From NCBI GenBank assembly GCA_030867685.1, contig JAQOWU010000008.1, forward strand, positions 2,046,001 through 2,110,000: 64,000 bases of DNA, in the 5' to 3' direction. The DNA comes from Wickerhamiella versatilis (taxonomy: Eukaryota). The translations under genes were made by a program, and so were the position numbers. Shown here in pieces: positions 62,101 through 64,000 of this stretch. The notes under the pieces were generated by a model. It saw nothing but the letters and a program-made list of their open reading frames with translations, made no database searches and was not told the DNA's origin. Position 1 is the stretch's first letter; every line of letters begins with the position of its first letter.

Positions 62101-62967
62101 ATGAGTTATGGTCATGAACAGCAGGTCTCTTACGGAGGAAGGAGTAGGGAAAGTGAGTACGAGATGGAAGACCAAGGGGGGCAGAAGTCTATGGTTGCAT
62201 TTTTCGGGGAAGTCGAGGATATAAAACGAAACCTTGTGCAGTTTGATGATAACATTGAGCGCATTGAAGGTTTGCATCGACGTTCTTTGGCAGAAACAAA
62301 CACTGATAATGAGGAAATGATTCAACGCCAGGTGGACATGTTGACCGCTGATAGTCGCTCCCTCTCGCAGAGTTTGAAAACCAGGATAAAAACTCTTGAA
62401 GCGAGGTCGCAGAGAGATGCAACCAAGAGAACGCAGAGCAATAACTTGAAGCGCCAATTCATGACGCTTATCCAAAAATTCCAGGCCACAGAGGCTGCAT
62501 TCCGTCAACGTTATCGCGACGTGGTGGAGCGCCAATACCGGATAGTCCAGCCTGAAGCTACCAACGCGGAGATACAGGAAGCTGTAAATGATCCCTCGGG
62601 GCAACAGGTCTTTTCCCAGGCGTTAATGCAGAGTAACAGGCGTGGAGAGGCTCGTGCGGCTCTCACTGAAGTCCAGGTGCGTCACCGCGAGATCCAGAAA
62701 ATCGAACAAACACTTCAGGAGCTGGCCCAGCTCTTTAGCGATATGGAGGTTCTGGTGGCCGAACAGGAGGAACAGGTTCAGGACGTCGATCAAAATGTCG
62801 GAAATGCTCAGCACGATATCGAAATCGGGGTTGGCCATCAGGAGAAGGCCATCACGCTGGCACGAGCATGGCGCAAGAAGAAATGGATCTGCATAGGTAT
62901 TGTACTCATTATCATAGTCGTTCTTGCGTTGGTACTCGGTCTCTACTTCGGACTGCATGACAACTGA
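62101..62967 (+). CDS. Plasma membrane syntaxin (Sso1/2 family), copy B, tandem paralog
   Basis: Collinear with copy A at a 1370-bp offset; near-identical SNARE motif. Confidence 0.96.
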   Translation: MSYGHEQQVSYGGRSRESEYEMEDQGGQKSMVAFFGEVEDIKRNLVQFDDNIERIEGLHRRSLAETNTDNEEMIQRQVDMLTADSRSLSQSLKTRIKTLEARSQRDATKRTQSNNLKRQFMTLIQKFQATEAAFRQRYRDVVERQYRIVQPEATNAEIQEAVNDPSGQQVFSQALMQSNRRGEARAALTEVQVRHREIQKIEQTLQELAQLFSDMEVLVAEQEEQVQDVDQNVGNAQHDIEIGVGHQEKAITLARAWRKKKWICIGIVLIIIVVLALVLGLYFGLHDN

Positions 62968-63288
62968 TTTTCACTTGTACTTCATAGTCATTACCGAGAT
63001 TTTATTGTAGTAGTATGTCTCCAAGGGGACAAATCTAATAGGAACCTAAATGTTAAATATTAGCTGTTTACGGATCCATGTATCGCTTTCAGGGATCTAC
63101 AGCCTTGCAGATGCACCATATGTTAACTCCCAGGTATCGTAAGGAGAATACTATAAATTCAGGCTTAACTAAGTCTAACCCATTAAGCATGTGTTCCGCA
63201 TTCCCCAATCATCATCCTCGTGATGTTTAGTTATTCGGCATTGGGGGCATGGTAGGTCTAGAATGGGGGACCAACCATATGCCCTAGG

Positions 63289-63335
63289 GTACGGGAAGTC
63301 AGGTGTTTCTTCGTATCGCGTTGATTACTAACCAG
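63289..63335 (+). other. Candidate intron at the 5' end of ERG5
   Basis: TACTAACCAG at 63326-63335; possible donors GTACGG (63289) or GTAGGT (63252). Confidence 0.5.
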
Positions 63336-63369
63336 GTATTCGTTCGGAAAAGTTAAACCAAACGAACCG

Positions 63370-64000
63370 ATGCTCAACGAAACGAGTACCGTGCAAAGCA
63401 GCATCGCCGTAGGCACTTCCACCAGCAGCCTTGGTTGGTTTGAAATATCAGGATTGGTACTTCTACTTCTTGTCATTTATGATCAGATTTCCTATTTGAC
63501 GAAGAAGGGGTCCATCGCAGGACCGAAGTTAAAGATGTGGCCATTCATGGGGCCTTTTCTTGAAAGTGTGAACCCTAAGTTTGAAGAATACGAAGCTAAA
63601 TGGCGCTCTGGCCCCCTAAGCTGTGTTTCTGTCTTCCACAAATTTGTAGTTATCGCGTCCACTCGCGACTTGGCCCGCAAGATTTTAAATAGTCCTGCCT
63701 ACGTGAAGCCCTGTGTTGTTGATGTTGCTATCAAGCTGCTAAGGCCTTCCAACTGGGTTTTTAAGGATGGCAAGGAGCATCTTGAATATCGTCGTTCTCT
63801 GAATCCCATCTTCACCAGGAAAGCGATTGCCAAGTACCTGCCACACATGGAAACGCTGTATGATAAATACTTGAACATGTTCGTTGAAGCCAGCAAAGAT
63901 GGTCCTCGCCCTTATATGGCAGAATTCCGAGAGATTAATTGTGCCGTCAGTTTGCGTGTCTTTTGTGGAAACTATATTAGTGACGAACAAGTTAAAGGTA
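63370..64000 (+). CDS. ERG5: Sterol C-22 desaturase CYP61, 3'-truncated by the window edge (absent from the supplied ORF track)
   Basis: My translation: MLNETST...[92 protein letters not shown]. Confidence 0.95.
   Translation, partial: MLNETSTVQSSIAVGTSTSSLGWFEISGLVLLLLVIYDQISYLTKKGSIAGPKLKMWPFMGPFLESVNPKFEEYEAKWRSGPLSCVSVFHKFVVIASTRDLARKILNSPAYVKPCVVDVAIKLLRPSNWVFKDGKEHLEYRRSLNPIFTRKAIAKYLPHMETLYDKYLNMFVEASKDGPRPYMAEFREINCAVSLRVFCGNYISDEQVKG

Noticed and set aside
61037-62958. Long minus-strand ORFs over both SSO genes
   Set aside because: Antisense shadows from biased codon usage; the same applies to shadows over ATP7, RPL12, GDI1 and FAS2
1-64000. tRNA, rRNA, LTR/transposon or CRISPR elements
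   Set aside because: No cloverleaf with A/B boxes, terminal repeats, transposase or reverse transcriptase motifs, or spaced repeat arrays were seen by eye; tRNAscan-SE and Infernal would be needed to exclude small RNAs

Overview
A very gene-dense, almost intron-free budding-yeast (Saccharomycotina) segment with about 47 protein-coding genes. I found no supportable rRNA, tRNA, transposon or CRISPR features. CTG encodes a conserved Leu in GDI1 (KKVLHID, 29522-29524), so this is probably not a CUG-Ser yeast. The extreme compaction resembles Wickerhamiella/Starmerella-type yeasts, but that is inference. Most genes are housekeeping (RPS21, KCS1, SWD2, ALG1, URB1, ATP7, LSM5, MAG1, DDI1, PAA1, GUT2, OCA6, DOS2, DOA4, LCB2, GDI1, RPS13, FAF1, HIS6, RPB3, SCD6, NAT3, RPL12, ANT1, VPS27, RAD14, ORC5, RAD54, FAS2, two SSO syntaxins and a partial ERG5), many in ancient syntenic blocks. 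The standout is a four-gene accessory island between ORC5 and RAD54 (46.4-52.2 kb). It holds a bacterial-looking DUF3237 gene, an amino-acid/amine permease, a YtcJ/NfdA-type amidohydrolase and a Zn2Cys6 regulator, and the divergent promoter carries a CGG-containing inverted repeat. This is a candidate self-regulated, partly horizontally acquired catabolic cluster. Other signals are six head-to-head gene pairs only 11-34 bp apart (three share TTATCTAA), a TTAGGGC motif before all three ribosomal protein genes, cryptic intron signatures, a likely gene-conversion tract between the SSO paralogs, and an Exo5-like nuclease lacking Fe-S cysteines.
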